From the NCBI RefSeq assembly GCF_009914755.1, contig NC_060925.1: a stretch of 64,000 bases of DNA. One strand, 5' to 3'. Below the pieces are notes generated by a model that ran no database searches, had not been told where the DNA came from, and saw only the letters and a program-made list of their open reading frames with translations. The DNA is from the human T2T-CHM13v2.0 reference genome, Homo sapiens. This document shows, piece by piece, positions 1 to 15,061 of the stretch; position 1 is the first letter of the stretch, and each line of letters begins with the position of its first letter. A program made the position numbers and the translations under genes.

Positions 1-1099
1 ATATCTTAGAGGAGAATCTGAAAAGCTTCTGGCCACAGAAACGCCTAAATATGCTGTACAAAAATAATAAGTGTGGTGTTAAAAGCACAGCTGAAATGAG
101 TGAAGGAAATCCCAGAGACTGAGTATAAAGAAGGTCTGAGCACAAGAAAAAGTGCTGACACTTGGCTGCCTGAGCAGTGGGAGATCCGCTGAGGGAAAAC
201 AAGGTCACCTCAAGTTTCATAACCACAGACCACACTTCACATGGGTTTGGAGCTTAAGTTTACTCACCTGTATGGTCTAGGAAAGCTACGTCAATTAATT
301 AACATAAAAGGAGTCCCAATATCACAAGAGCACTTGCCAAAACAAATAAAAAACTTCTCTATAGAAACCAATCTTCAACCTCTGCCACACAAGATTCCCA
401 TAGTGAGCACATTCTTTTAAATAGAAGCTCACAATCGAAAATTACAAAATGCGTTTAGAGACATGAGCAAGAGTGCACTACAAACAAGAATAAACAGACA
501 CAACGGGCGGCACAGGTAATGAGTCCCCAGAACCCCCAGAACATCAGCTAATAGAACTATCAGAAGGAGGATACGAATTGTTGTTAACATAACTGAAATG
601 TAAAAGGAGAAATCAAAATTTTGAGAAAATAAATTTAAAAGACCAGGCATATTTGAAAAAGTACCATATGTTACCTCTAGAAATGAAATGTGTAACATTA
701 AAAATAAAAACTTAATAAACGGGGCAAAGATTGCCAAAGAGAGAATTGATCATCCAGGAAGTGGTTTGGAAACAAATTACCTAGAATGCAACACAGAAAG
801 ATAAAGATATTTCTTACATGAAAGAGAACTTAAATACATGGAAGATGAAATGAGAAGCTCTAGCATGCATTACATAGGAGCTCCAGAAAGAAAGAATGGG
901 GTAAGAGGCAATATTTTAAGATAGTGTCTGACAGTTTTCTAGAACAAGATGAAAATCAGATTCAGGTAGCATAATTAGTTCAAAACGAGATATAAAAATC
1001 TAGAGGCATTATAAGGAAAAGCTGCCAAAGGGCAAAATCAATTGGGAAAAAAAAAAGAAAAGATTACTTTCAAAGAAACAACTGTTTGACAGCAGACTT
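1..1099 (+). mobile_element. Old L1M LINE-1 fragment (5' region/ORF1-like), continues at about 2082-2170
   Basis: A-rich degenerate L1 ORF1-like text (gaagatgaaatgagaagctctagcatgcattacataggagctccagaa, aaagattactttcaaagaaacaa...gcagactt). It resumes after the insertion as gcagacttttcggtgacaacaatagaagtcagaag. Confidence 0.7.
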
Positions 1100-2081
1100 A
1101 AAAAAAAAAAAAAACTTTTACTTTAGGTTCAGGGGTACATGTGAAGGTTCGTTATATAGGGAAATTTGTGTCACGGGGGTTTGTTGTACAGACTATTTCA
1201 TCACCCAGGTATCAAGCCCAGTATCCACTAGTTATCTTTTCTGCTCCTCTCCCTCCTCCCACCCTCCACCTTCAGGTAGACCCCAGTGTCTGTTATTCCC
1301 TTCTTTGTGTTCATGAGTTCTCATCATTTAGCTCCCACTTACATGTGAGAATGTGTGGCATTTGGTTTTCTGTTCTTGCATTAGTTTGCTTAGGATAATA
1401 GCCTCCAGCTCCATTCATGGTCCCACAAAAGACAAGATCTCATTCCTTTTTTATGGCTGCATAGTACTATATGATGTATGTATACCACATTTTCCTTATT
1501 CAATCTGTCATTGACGGGCATTTAGGTTGATTCCACATCTTTGCTATTGTGAATAGTGCTGCAATGAACATTCACGTGCATGTGTCTTTACTGTAGAATG
1601 ATTTATATTCCTCTAGATATATACCCAGTAATGGGACTCCTGGGTCAAATGGTAGTTCTGTTTTTAGCTCTTTGAGGAATTGCCATACTGCTTTCCACAG
1701 TGGTTGAACTAATTTACGCTCCTACCAACAGTGTATAAGTGTTCCCTTTTCTCTGCAACCTTGCCAGCATCTGTTTTTGTTTATTTTTGATAATAGCCAT
1801 TCTGACCAGTATGAGATGGTATCTCATTGTGGTTTCAATTTGCATTTCTCTAATGACCAGTGATGTTGAGTTTTTTTCATATGCTTGTTGACTGCATGTG
1901 TGTCTTCTTTTGAAAAATGTCTGTTAATGTTCTTTGCCCACTTTTTAATAGGGTTGTTTTTGTCTTATAAATTTAAGTTCCTTATAGATGCTGGATATTA
2001 AACCTTTGTCAGATGCATAGTTTGCAAATATTTTCTCCCATTCTATAGGTTTTCTATTTACTCTCTTGATAGTTTCTTTTG
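1100..2081 (-). mobile_element. 5'-truncated primate L1PA (L1PA13-16-like): 3' UTR plus ORF2 C-terminal region
   Basis: Typical L1PA 3' end on the minus strand (ttttactttaggttcaggggtacatgtg...tcatttagctcccactt). ORF 1945..2157(-) contains the L1 ORF2 peptide [36 protein letters not shown]. Flanked by a 12-bp TSD. Confidence 0.92.
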
Positions 2082-2253
2082 GATGGCAGACTTTTCGGTG
2101 ACAACAATAGAAGTCAGAAGTCACTGGGATATTTTCAAAGCACTGAGAAATAAGCAATGATCTTAGTCTGCAAACTAAAAATAGTAAAGAAACAAACTAA
2201 GGCTAAGTTGCAGATCATGCCTAGTGTTACTCATATGAAGTTATACATGTATG

Positions 2254-2414
2254 AAGAGCTGGATCCATGGAGGTGTGACTTGGGCAGTTACACAGGGTGC
2301 CGCTCTTGGTCTGATGCTCTGTTGTCACAAGCTTGAAATTCTTAATAATGTTTTAACAAGGAGCTCTGAAGTTCTGTTTCTCACTGGGCCTTACAAATTA
2401 TGTAGCCAGCCTTG
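2254..2414 (+). mobile_element. MER45A (hAT-Tip100 MITE)
   Basis: Contains tgatgctctgttgtcacaagcttgaaattcttaataat...ctgggccttacaaattatgtagccagccttg. Imperfect 8-bp TSD catgtatg/tatgtagg. Confidence 0.8.
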
Positions 2415-4815
2415 TATGTAGGCCCTGAAGACCTGGTATCACTCAGAAACAAGGAAATCGCATTCTATACAATGTGTGGTCAGGCTTAGTAAAATGAAGC
2501 AAATGTTAAGCAGAGAAACCTAGGTCTTGTAGCTTGAAAGACAGAAAGAGGGGTTTATGCAAACATATTTGATAAACTTTGTCCACTGAAAGTGTTCAAG
2601 TCCTTTGTACATGAGAAGGGAAGGATGAGCCAAGCACCGGCAAGAATGGTCCCAAGAAGGAATGAGAAAGTCACCAAAATGCCAACATCTGTTAAGCCAG
2701 GTGATTTGCACCATGTACCAAGGATCTGAACATAAGAGAGGAGTAGATAGTGCTCCCTTTAGCAGCATAGGTACTAAAAAAAGGAGTGGAGAGAGAAACA
2801 GACAGTGGCAAGAAAAATGCCTTTCTCAAAGACATCTAGATAAACACTCACCATCAGAAGTATCAGTGATATCTGAATATTGGTACAAATCAGACAGCTA
2901 GAAACAATAATACCAGTTTAAAAAATCTAGGTCCTTCAAATTAGACAAGGCCCTTATAATAGGTATAATGAGGAAAAGATACTGTAAAACCTTTCATGAT
3001 CAATCTAATTGTTCAATTCTTTCATTATCAGGAGATTCGGGTAATATTAGAAGGTACCTTAAAAGGGAGGAAAAAGGAGCAATATTAGTATGAAACTATC
3101 TGATTCATTATTTTTTCAAAGACTCAAGTTTATGGCCCTCGATGATAATGGATTCTATCCATTAAAACAGTTTTTCACTATTACCCTGACTTCTGAGGAA
3201 ATGTGGAGTTAATTGGTCTATTTGCATTGTATTTGCAGCCATCTTGGTCCATTAGACAGAAAAGTATCACAACATCTATTAGATAGTACCATTTTTAGGA
3301 CTAAAAATTCAGAGTTTCAAAACAGGCTTGTAATATCAAAACTAAAATGGAAATTTTTCATCTGTAGTTTTTCCAAGGTTGTGTGGGGTTAGATGTGATA
3401 ACATGGTGCACCAAGGTGAAGTGGCAGATGAGAGAGACAGAGAATACAATGACTGCAAGTCTGTATTTGGTTCTGGGAGCCAAGTCTGCAGTAGATCTAG
3501 AGAGAGTTTTTATAGGAACTATCTGCGACTATCCTAGTTTAGGTTGAAAGAGGAGATTTCCCAGGAAGTAAAATTAATAAGCATTTGGAAACAGACTATT
3601 TGGATATAAGTCACGATTTTCATACTGGAATGGGAGGGTATGGAGTCTCCTCTTCTGGATGTCTTTGAAAAAAAATCAATTCTTTAATAGTTGAGGACAC
3701 TATTTCCCAAGCTGGGATTTCTGTTCTGTGTGGCATGGTAACAGGAGTGGTACTTGGGGGACTGGAGGGATGAGTTCAGAAAGGGCTCCCCACATGGGTT
3801 GGCATGAGCATTGCCGGAGTGTCCACCAAGCCTGCATGTCTCCTTCCTTCTACTCACACTTCTCCTCATTTCCCTAGAAAACTCCCTGAAAACGCCTATC
3901 TTGGCCAGTTTCTCTCCTTGCTGGGACTAGTTGTGATGTGGAGGTGACAAGATGTTTGTGCATAAAAGGCTTAAATAAGGGACATTAAGTATCAGGACTT
4001 GCCTAAAGATGCAAAAAATGGTCGTGTCATCATGGCCTCCTCTTAAATTCTTAGACTCTTCCTCCTTCGAAGATTCCTTCAGATTTGCTTTGGTGGCCAA
4101 ACGTCTGCTCCTTCCTCTTTTTTTGTACAGTGTCTTGAGTAAACAATGACACTTCTAGCCAGCATTTGCTTCTCTGCGTGCTTTGAGGATGTAGATTTTG
4201 TGGAAATAAAAAAAAAGAGAGAGAACTTTCTGCTGCTTTCCCATGCAAGGAAGGCTGAGGTTTAGCAGTGGTTTGTGTGTTGGGTTTTAGCCAGATGCCC
4301 TGGATGAACCACATGGATGAATTCTTTTTCAGCAGGATGAGTGCATCACCTTGGCTACCCAATGAATCAGACCTAATTAAAAGACAAAGTAAGCACACTG
4401 CAAAAATGCTAAGGATAAGAGGAAGAGGGTAAGATGAGGTAAGTAATGGGTCATTAAGATAATGAACACAAAGGGGACAAAGGATAGCAATTTTAAAGTC
4501 CTGGCATTGCATTCTAGAAGAGACCTGGTTCACTCTTCTCCCATACGTGGTCTAGTTGGTGAGGACAGCAACCCAGGGATGAATGAGCAGCTTAGGACAA
4601 GCAGTCAAACTTTCAAAGTCAAGATCTTTAAACGCTCTTAGGAGCTGGTGCCCACTGAACAGAGAGGGACACTTTTTCAGGCGTGGCACAGATATGCAGG
4701 AAGTGTTTGAACATTTCCAGGAAGTTTCTGGTGGAAAAAATCAGAAAGCAATTTCGCCCTCACGTTTATTGCTAATTTATGTGCTCTGTATTGACTGGAT
4801 GTGCCTGTTGCATAG

Positions 4816-5211
<396 letters not shown>

Positions 5212-5501
5212 TAATGGCTCATGAGTGTGCCATTCGGAAGGACTCTTCAGTCAAGCCTTCAACAACCTAACCCTAGAGTTAAAACTGGTAAACTTTGTAT
5301 AGAACTGTAAAACTAATGACACTTGCGTGAATCTTTACACTGCAGTAATAGAGGATATGCATGTTACATACATAGGCACAGACACACCCGGCCTGCCAAG
5401 AACAAACATGTCATTATTATTTTTTAGCCTGAAATTTTAAAAGTTCTTTAAAACACACGGTTTGAGGAGCTTAACACAAAGACTCAAGGCCGTAAGAATT
5501 A

Positions 5502-6160
<659 letters not shown>

Positions 6161-6559
6161 AAGAATTACATTTTCTTAGAAATTCACAGGAGATGACAAA
6201 GTAGAAAAACATATATATGTGTGTTTTGTTAGAAAACACTTGAGGACTACACATCTGAAGGGAAGGCTGAACTGGCATGATTGGCATGGCGACATCATCA
6301 TGGATCGGTGGGTGGCCCACCCAGGCCAGAGGGACTGTCTCCAGGAAGGTGAATCATGGTTTTCCTAGCAGTTTGCACCACTGCCCAATCTTCCTTATCA
6401 TTCTTTCACTTCCCCTTTTATCCACAATCAGAAGCAGTGGACAAAAAGAAGGGAAGGAGGAGCCCGAGGACTCCAGGACTCATAGCGGAACTGAAGCCAC
6501 CGTCACTGCAGGGCAGGGAAGCACATGACCTCTGGCAGGAAGAGGGGTTAGAAACTCCA

Positions 6560-7167
6560 GCCCCAGGTTTGAATCCTGAGGCCCCTAAGAATGTTTTCAC
6601 TTTCAACAGCCATCACCTGCAGCTCTTTATCAGCAGTATTGCCTGCAGAGTAGTACAGCTGCTTTGCTTGCACAGAGAAGGAACCTATAGCCTGCAGGAA
6701 CATATGTCCCCCTGGGGCAGCCCTTAACAGATGACCAATGAATGGCTGATGATGAGAGCATGCAGCCCCAGCTCCTTGCCTTGGGTGGGGCAGCTCTGAG
6801 GCACTTATACTTTAGAGCTGCCCTGGGGACAGGACTCCCTACAGAATTTGCAAGACCCAGTGCAAAATGAAAAAGCAGATCCCTTGTTCAAACAGTATGA
6901 AGAATTTCAAGACAGCAACAACAGCAGAGCATCAACCCAAGTGTAAGGCCTAAGTGTGGGGCCCGTGTGACTGCACAGGCGCACGGCCCTGCAGCCATCC
7001 CTGCTTGCAGAATCAGGTGTAAGCCACCCTCTGAGATCATCCCTGGCCCCTTCCCAGACCAGCTTCCCCAACTCTTTTACCAGGTTCCTCCAGGGAGCCC
7101 TTCCTTACAAATCTCCTGCACACAAATCCTCATCTGAGAGTCTGCTTCTGTGTCCCCAGTTAAGATA
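6560..7167 (+). mobile_element. LTR16-family (ERVL) solo LTR, interrupted by MER45A
   Basis: cagccccagctccttgcc...ctctgagg and the 3' end tgcacacaaatcctcatctgagagtctgcttctg...taagat resemble LTR16. Left boundary approximate. Confidence 0.65.
6830..7003 (-). mobile_element. MER45A (hAT-Tip100 MITE)
   Basis: caggac...cccagtgcaaaatgaaaa...cccttgttcaaa...gaatttcaagacagcaac...gtgtgactgcacagg...ccctg; reverse complement of the copy at 2254-2414. Confidence 0.85.
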
Positions 7168-7213
7168 GATCTTTGGGCATGCTACCGCAGCATCTTTAAA
7201 CCTCGGTTTGCTC

Positions 7214-7830
7214 TGTAAACCAAAAAATATCTGAGAGGAATCTCAACCAATTTAGGAAGTTTATTTTACCAAGGTTAAGGACACATGCCCTGGAGGAAGG
7301 TCTGTGCCTTTCTCCAAAGATGATTTTGAAGGCTTATTTAAAGGGGAAAGGGCAGATATTGGAAGAAAAGGAAGAAATTTTTTAAAGGTGTGGGTAGGTA
7401 AGAGACAAACTTTGCATTCTTTTGAGTCTTTGTTCAGCTTTTCATTAAATAGACAATTTACATGTGAGGGGGTGGAGGAATATTCACTTATGCCTTCATT
7501 TTTACATCAGAAAAAAACAATCAGATATGCTTTTGTCTCAGGTGAGCAGAGGGATGACTTTGAGTTCTGTCCTTTGTCCTGCACCCATGAAGATAAGCTA
7601 TCCATTTACATTGTCAGGTAATTCAACAGAACCATTTTAGGGTAAAGATCTTGCAGACCACAAGGAATTTCCTGGTGGGCAAATTGTGAAAGGGATCTGT
7701 AGCTTTTTTATCTTTGTAGCTATCTTATTTAGGAATAGAATGGGAGGCAGGTTTGCCTGACGCAGTTCCCGGCTTGACTTTTCCCTTGGATTAGTGATTT
7801 TGCGGTCCTGAGGTTTATTTTCCTTTCACA
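7214..7830 (-). mobile_element. MER4A-family ERV1 solo LTR, inserted into a MIR core
   Basis: Runs tgtaaaccaaaaaatatctgag ... ttgacttttcccttggattagtgattttgcggtcctgaggtttattttcctttcaca (reverse complement TGTGAAAGGAAAATAAA). MIR core text on both sides. Confidence 0.88.
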
Positions 7831-7965
7831 CCTTCATATATAAAATTCGGGGTGGGGGAATAGAGTGTATTTTGTAGAGCTGTTGGGAGAATTGTGTGAG
7901 ATAATGCACGCAAAGTGCTTAGTACCATGCCAAGCACGTAACAAATGTTCAGTGAATGCTAGTTA
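7831..7965 (+). mobile_element. MIR (3' part)
   Basis: gtgagataatgcacgcaaagtgcttagtaccatgccaagcacgtaacaaatgttcagtgaatg. Confidence 0.75.
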
Positions 7966-8110
7966 ACATCATTTTTATCGTCATCACCACTAAAATTAAG
8001 CATCCTTGCCTTAACAAGGGAAATAAGAGTAAATATAACCCTGCCTGTTCCCTCTTTCCCTACCCTGGGAAGTCCATGCCCAAGCCTTTGGCCCAAGTTT
8101 CATCAGTAAA

Positions 8111-8374
8111 ATTTTTTGGGGGGAACGGAGTCTCACTTTGTTGCTCAGGCTGGAGTGCAGCTCACTGCAAGCTCCACCTCCCAGGTTCAAGTATATCTTC
8201 TCCCTCAGCCTCCTGACTAGCTGGGACTACAGGCGCACACCACCACGCCCGGCTAATTTTTTATTTTTAGTAGAGATGGGGTTTCACCATATTGGCCAGG
8301 CTGGTCTTCAACTCCTAACCTCCTGATCCACCTGCATTGGCCTCCCAAAATGCTGGGATTACAGGCGTGAGCCA
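8111..8374 (-). mobile_element. AluS with small internal deletion
   Basis: Alu body with ggagtgcag joined directly to ctcactgcaa. Confidence 0.93.
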
Positions 8375-8457
8375 CTTGACAAAGACAGAGGTGGCTGAGA
8401 ATGAAAGCAGAGAAGTCCCTTTGACAAAACAATTATAAAAGAGCAAATCTGATTTAA

Positions 8458-8832
<375 letters not shown>

Positions 8833-10558
8833 CTACAAATTAAGTTTCTGATAAGATGACTTGACAAAATTCTTATAGAACTCCTAGGGGTCATCAACTT
8901 CGTAAGTTATTCCAAAACAGAGACAAATGCTTTACTGCAATGGACAGTGTACATGGTTTGAAGAGAGTAGCTGGTGGTTAGTATCCTCTTTACTCATATG
9001 TGAACTCCTGAGCTGTCCACACAACAGAATAAGCAGACATTTCATTTGAAATCTCAAGTCTTCTGATACTTGTCTCAAAAGAGGGAAGCCGGTGACCTTA
9101 AGAACTTCCCAAATGCTGTGGTTGCCTCCCTTACCAGACTCCCTTAGACTGCTTGAGGCCGAGGTAGGAGACAGGGTTGGACTGCTCTGTAAGCACACCC
9201 ACACATCCTTTCTGCCCCAGAAGCTTCACGACTCATTGCAGAGTACATCCCTATAATTCACAGTAGATCACAGAATCTCAGTTAGAGCCAAGGCTCTACC
9301 CAAGCCAAGACTTCATTAACCACTTCAAACCAAACAGAAGAAAACAGGCTTCCAGAGAGCAGAGAGGTTGGTTTTACTTAATCAAGCACATATTGACTGA
9401 CCTTCTTCTCAGCCCTAACTGTGCAAGGCATCTGAGGATACTAAAATATCTAAGACACAACCCTGCCTTCAAGGAGCTCACAGGTTCAGCTAACTGAGGC
9501 AGGAAGGCCCAATCCTCTTTGACTGGGGCAAGACTTGATGGTTGGATGACCTGTGCATGACAAGTGACCTGTAAATGAGGAACACATTTAGTGGTGACTG
9601 GGCTCCAAGGCAGCCCCAAGCCCCCACTCCACCAGTGACACAGCTGAGGGTGCCACTAGGAATAACAGATCCAGTTCATCTCAACACATTACTCACAAAC
9701 GAACTTAAGAACCCAGCTCTATTGATAGGTGGGGGCTTGAGTCACAAATGGGTTCCCACCTGACTTTTCCTGGCCAAGACTTGAGCAGGAGGATGCTTTA
9801 AATCAGCAAAGCTTCAAGTCTTCTGTGAGGATGCTTCCAAGGCTCAGCAAGGGGCCCGTGGGGAGAACAACAGGACTCACTGAGTGGCAGTTCTATTAAG
9901 TGGAACAGTCTTGTTCAAAAGAACATTTGGGGTTTCATTTGACTCTCACCCAGAATAAGATCCAAGTGCTTATCACTGTGACGTGGCACTAAGAGGCACT
10001 GTTCCCATTTTGTAAAAGTGATTTTTTTTCCCACTTGATTTGCTTCACAAAGGCTGGTGTTGTCACTATTTTGAGGTGGGTAAATTGTGGCAAATGCCAT
10101 TTGCGGTCTCCTCTCTGCAGGAACTCTATTACTCTCGGACACCAATGGAGTCCCTCGGGGGCACTCTTGTCCCCGAGAGTACTTTCAGCGAATTCTCTGT
10201 GCATTGCTCATCAACCAGTGTTCAGGCTGGTCCCCCCACAGCCATTTCTGTGTCTTGCTCACCTATCTCAGAGGACTGGGAGAGGACCCCTGCCCAACCT
10301 TGCAGATGGGAGCGCCATCTCTGCGGCTGAAATGGTAAGAGCCAATACCTGGCTGAGACACTTCAGAATAAGGAATCTCTGCCTTCTCAAATTCAACTTA
10401 TTCCTCACATACCATAACGCACATCAGCATTGCAGAAAGCGTAAAGAGGATTCCACAGTTCTCAGATGTCTTCATTTGTATTCTAGCTACCCATCTACGG
10501 AAGTTATTTACCACTGAAGAATTTGTTTAGTGAGACCCCAGAATGTCATGTTTTCCTT

Positions 10559-10980
10559 TGTATTTGTCGGGATTGTCCAGAGAAACAAAACCAATAGTAT
10601 GGATAGAGAAAGAGAGTGAAATTTATTTTAGGGAATTGGCTCAATTAATTGTGGAGGTTGGTGAGTTTGAAATGTGCAAGCCAGGCTGCAGGCTAGAGTC
10701 CCAGGGAAGAATGGATGCTGCAGTCTCAAGTCTGAAGGCCATCTGGAGGTAGAATTCCCTCTTCCTTGGGGGAGATCAGTTTTTTCTCTTAAGGCCTTAG
10801 ACTGATTGGACGAGGCCCACCCACACTACAGAGGGCCATCTGCTTTAGTCAAAGTCTACTGATTTGAATGTTAATGTTATCTTTAAAAACACCTTCACGG
10901 CAACATCTACAGTAGTGTTTAACTGAACAACTGGGCACCATAGCCCAGCGGAATGGACACACACACAACTACCCATCACA
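10559..10980 (-). mobile_element. MLT2 (ERVL) solo LTR, MLT2C/D-like
   Basis: tgtatt...ccagagaaacaaaaccaatag...gaattggctca...gactgattggacgaggcccacccacact...aactgggcaccatagcccagc...ccatcaca; near 5-bp TSD tcctt/tccct. Confidence 0.88.
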
Positions 10981-11194
10981 TCCCTGTAGTATTTGTTTGT
11001 AATCCTTGTAACTAAGTGAGTTCAATGTACTTGTAAAGAGGGCTGAAGACTAAGTGAGGTACAGGTCCTTATAAGGCAAAACCTTCAAAACATAAGCTTC
11101 TCAGAGATTGTAAGCTACTAGAGGGAAGGGACCATGAACCACGCTGGATTGGATTTTGAACCACACTGCCAAGCCAAGGGCACAGCACTAGATA

Positions 11195-11402
11195 CTTCCA
11201 GAATAATAAGTGCACCATGGACTCTGAATCCAGATGATCTGGGCTCCCACTCCAGCTCTGCAACAGGCTGGATGTGTGATCTTAGTCCAGTTATGTCATC
11301 GATATGTGCTTTAGTTTTGTCATCTGAAAATAGGAATACTGAAGTGGGACCATTGCTGTGAAGATTAAATAAGTTACTATTTGTAAAATGCTTAGACCAC
11401 TG
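11195..11402 (+). mobile_element. MIR
   Basis: ggactctgaatccagatgatctggg...gctgtgaagattaaataag...gtaaaatgcttag. Confidence 0.7.
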
Positions 11403-11905
11403 AATAAAAGTCTTCCCGCTGATGAGCAACAGATTACACATTGCGTTAGCACTGCTCATTTTGTTGCCTTACTTTCCCCAAAAGTTTAAGGCTGTTCCCG
11501 TGGAGGAAAGATCAAGGCCTGTTAGGAGGTTCTTGCATCCCTTGGTCCATGACAAGAGTCCAAGAATACAAAGGATGAAGGCTCAGGTCTGAACACAGCT
11601 GCCCATCCACAGGCAGCCCAGTCATTGACTACAAAATGCAGCCCTCCTGCCATGGAATTCTGCCCAGGATGTGAGATCTTCACAAGCTGTAACTGCTCAC
11701 AATCACCAGGGAGAGCAGAGCGCAGTGTTTTTCCAGAATTTGCCTTTATCTTTGCAAGAAATGTGGAATAAATGACCTCTTCTCTCTAGATAGTCCTTTT
11801 TTCCTATCTCTAAAGTTGAGTTTTCTCAAGTTTGGTATCAGGCCTAGTGCACTGAGCACTTCCTATAAAAGCCGATTATTTAATTCAGTATTATGTTTGT
11901 TGTCA

Positions 11906-12306
<401 letters not shown>

Positions 12307-13991
12307 GTTCTTATTCCTAGGATTTTTTAAAATCTTGGAGTAAGATCACAGAAGCACCAAGGACTATTCATCATTAAGTGCAAAAGAAAAGTCAGTCTGG
12401 AAGAGAATATAATGAGCTCAAGTACCTTTACAATCCATCAGCTTGGTTGAAGTAATTCCTGAGTTTCTAATTCTTATCAAAGACACTGCTGAGTAACTGG
12501 TACGGTTGGTTGGGGAACCCTTTTGTCAGGGTCTGGAGGGAGTAGGGAGAGGGTGGCTGGCAGCATTTTTCCCCATTGTAGTTCCTGAGAGAAATGTCAG
12601 CTTCACTCCACTGCAGAGCCTTCCAGCCTGAAGCTGGCTGTGGCAATCGGTTGGAGAGGACCAGAGCTTGGCTGGGAGCTGCCATTGCCATCTCCCAGCC
12701 CTGAGTCCCCTCTGAGCCTTCAGCACCTGATACTGCTCCTCAGTGGGTTGGGACCCCTCCAATCCACTAGGCAAAGTGGGGGCTATAGTATGAGCGGGGG
12801 TTGGGGTAGGGGTAGGAGTGGGGAGGTGCTGCAAATTCAAAACCCATCTCTGGGGCTGAGAAACATAGAATAGACCTGTCTGGGAACACAGACTCTTTCC
12901 AAGTAGAATCCTTTCTTCAAAGCATAGCTCAATGGGAAACCCATACACAACGCGGAGCTGCTTTCATTCAAGCAAGAAGAAGGAGGTGTCCAGAGCTCCA
13001 CTACCTCCATCCTCCTCCTCCCTGGACCCTACAGCAGCTAATTCCCAGCCAAGTTGCCTTCAGAAAGTTAATTGCCCTCCTGAGCCTTCATTTCTTCATC
13101 CATAAAAGCAGAGAGAATGATTTCGAGGCATGCCTTGAGGACATACAGACTGCACCAAGCATAACGCATGGGTGCGCAGTAACAGCTCCCTCCTTCCTCT
13201 TATTTGTAGTAGACGAAGACGAAGAAGAAAATAAACTTTGTTCCCTAAAAGAGCCCCAAGTCGCAGAAGAACCCCAAATCCTTGGTTGGATAAACCATAC
13301 TGGTGGCACTAAAGGTGTTAGGGTGCTGGGGCTGCACCTGCCCATTCTGCCTTTGACTGATCCCAGAGACAGAGCAGAATGGGCTCACTGTTTCTCACTG
13401 GGCTCTTGAAGGCCACCTGTGAATTCCATTTTTCTTTCCATCTCCAAAGGAACAGATGAGTGCTAGATCTCCATTTCTTTCCCTCATGCTCTAAGAGAGG
13501 AAACAGCTGGGGGCTTTGCTCTGATGAGTTCTGAGGGGTGGTCAAAGCTGAGGACCCATGGCCCTCAGTGGCCAGTGCCCCCCTGCACTGCTCCTTTCTG
13601 AAGCTGCAGGTTTTGTAGCCAGTGAGAACCCTGCTTCCCACTGAATTTAGGCCTTTGGCATTTCACTTCTGTGCTCTAGGACCTGAAGGAATCCAACCAC
13701 AGATGAGCTCATCACAAATTCTTTTGCAGGTAACTGCTTGTGCTCTCACACATCTTTATTCTTGGTGCAGAATGAGTTCCTGAAATTATGTTACATCCCT
13801 CAAATTCCACCATGTTGAAGGATCCCTAATTCTCAAGAAGCACACTCTTAAGCATCCCACCCCAATTATGGTTTTCCTAAAATCTATTTGGGACTGCCTT
13901 CTTCTAATTTCTAAAATACTCATTTTGGGTACTTACCCAAATAACATTTGTATTCTTTACATTAATTAGGCTTTCTGAAAAAAGTAGCATG

Positions 13992-14428
<437 letters not shown>

Positions 14429-14681
14429 TCAAATAAACTTACTAACATGCATGCAAAATGCCTAAGAGAGAAACTAACCTTTAAAAATGCAAAGGAACAA
14501 TAGAACCAATGGGAACACATACTACCTTCTAAGAGAGAAAGATTCATTACCACATCACTTCTCCTAAAAAGAATTTATAAATTTTATGTGACCTCAATAC
14601 AAATAATCTTTTTCAAAAAAAACCTAGATAAGCTGACTCTAAAGTTCATATGGAAAAATGAAACAAGCAAGAATAGCCAGG

Positions 14682-15061
14682 CAGTCTAAGCAGGATGTGC
14701 AGAGGGTGTCCATGTCCTCTGCTTCACCATTTGACGTCAGAGGACCAAAAACCCCACCCTTGGATTGTGCTAACCCCACTGCCATGTCTTGAACATGGGT
14801 CCCCTAGAGAGGCATGAAGCTCAATTGCACACACGCATGTTTCTCCTTTCATAAATGTTCATGACTCCTCCTCCAGCTTATTGAATATGTATATTTGACA
14901 ACCCCATTTAATATAAATATCTGTCTTATTCTTCTGACTCTCAAAGTTTCTGTTTCTGGTTTCTGGCCAGAGACTATGCTTCCCAACCTGTCAGAATGGC
15001 CACCCTGCAGGCTGCAGCCCTTTATGTGAAATAAAGCTCTCCATTCCAAATTTAAAAAAAA
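14682..15061 (+). mobile_element. Polyadenylated retrocopy of an ERV1 (MER4-group, MER50-like) LTR 3' end
   Basis: LTR text ...cctgtcagaatggccaccctgcaggctgcagccctttatgtgaAATAAAgctctccattccaaattt followed by a poly(A) run; TSD aatagccagg at 14672-14681 and 15062-15071. Confidence 0.75.

Noticed and set aside
1945-2157. 70-aa ORF with a real protein motif
   Set aside because: It is a fragment of L1 ORF2 fused to flanking sequence, not a gene.
13125-13150. p53 response element (AGGCATGCCT)
   Set aside because: Only one perfect half-site; the adjacent decamer lacks the CWWG core.
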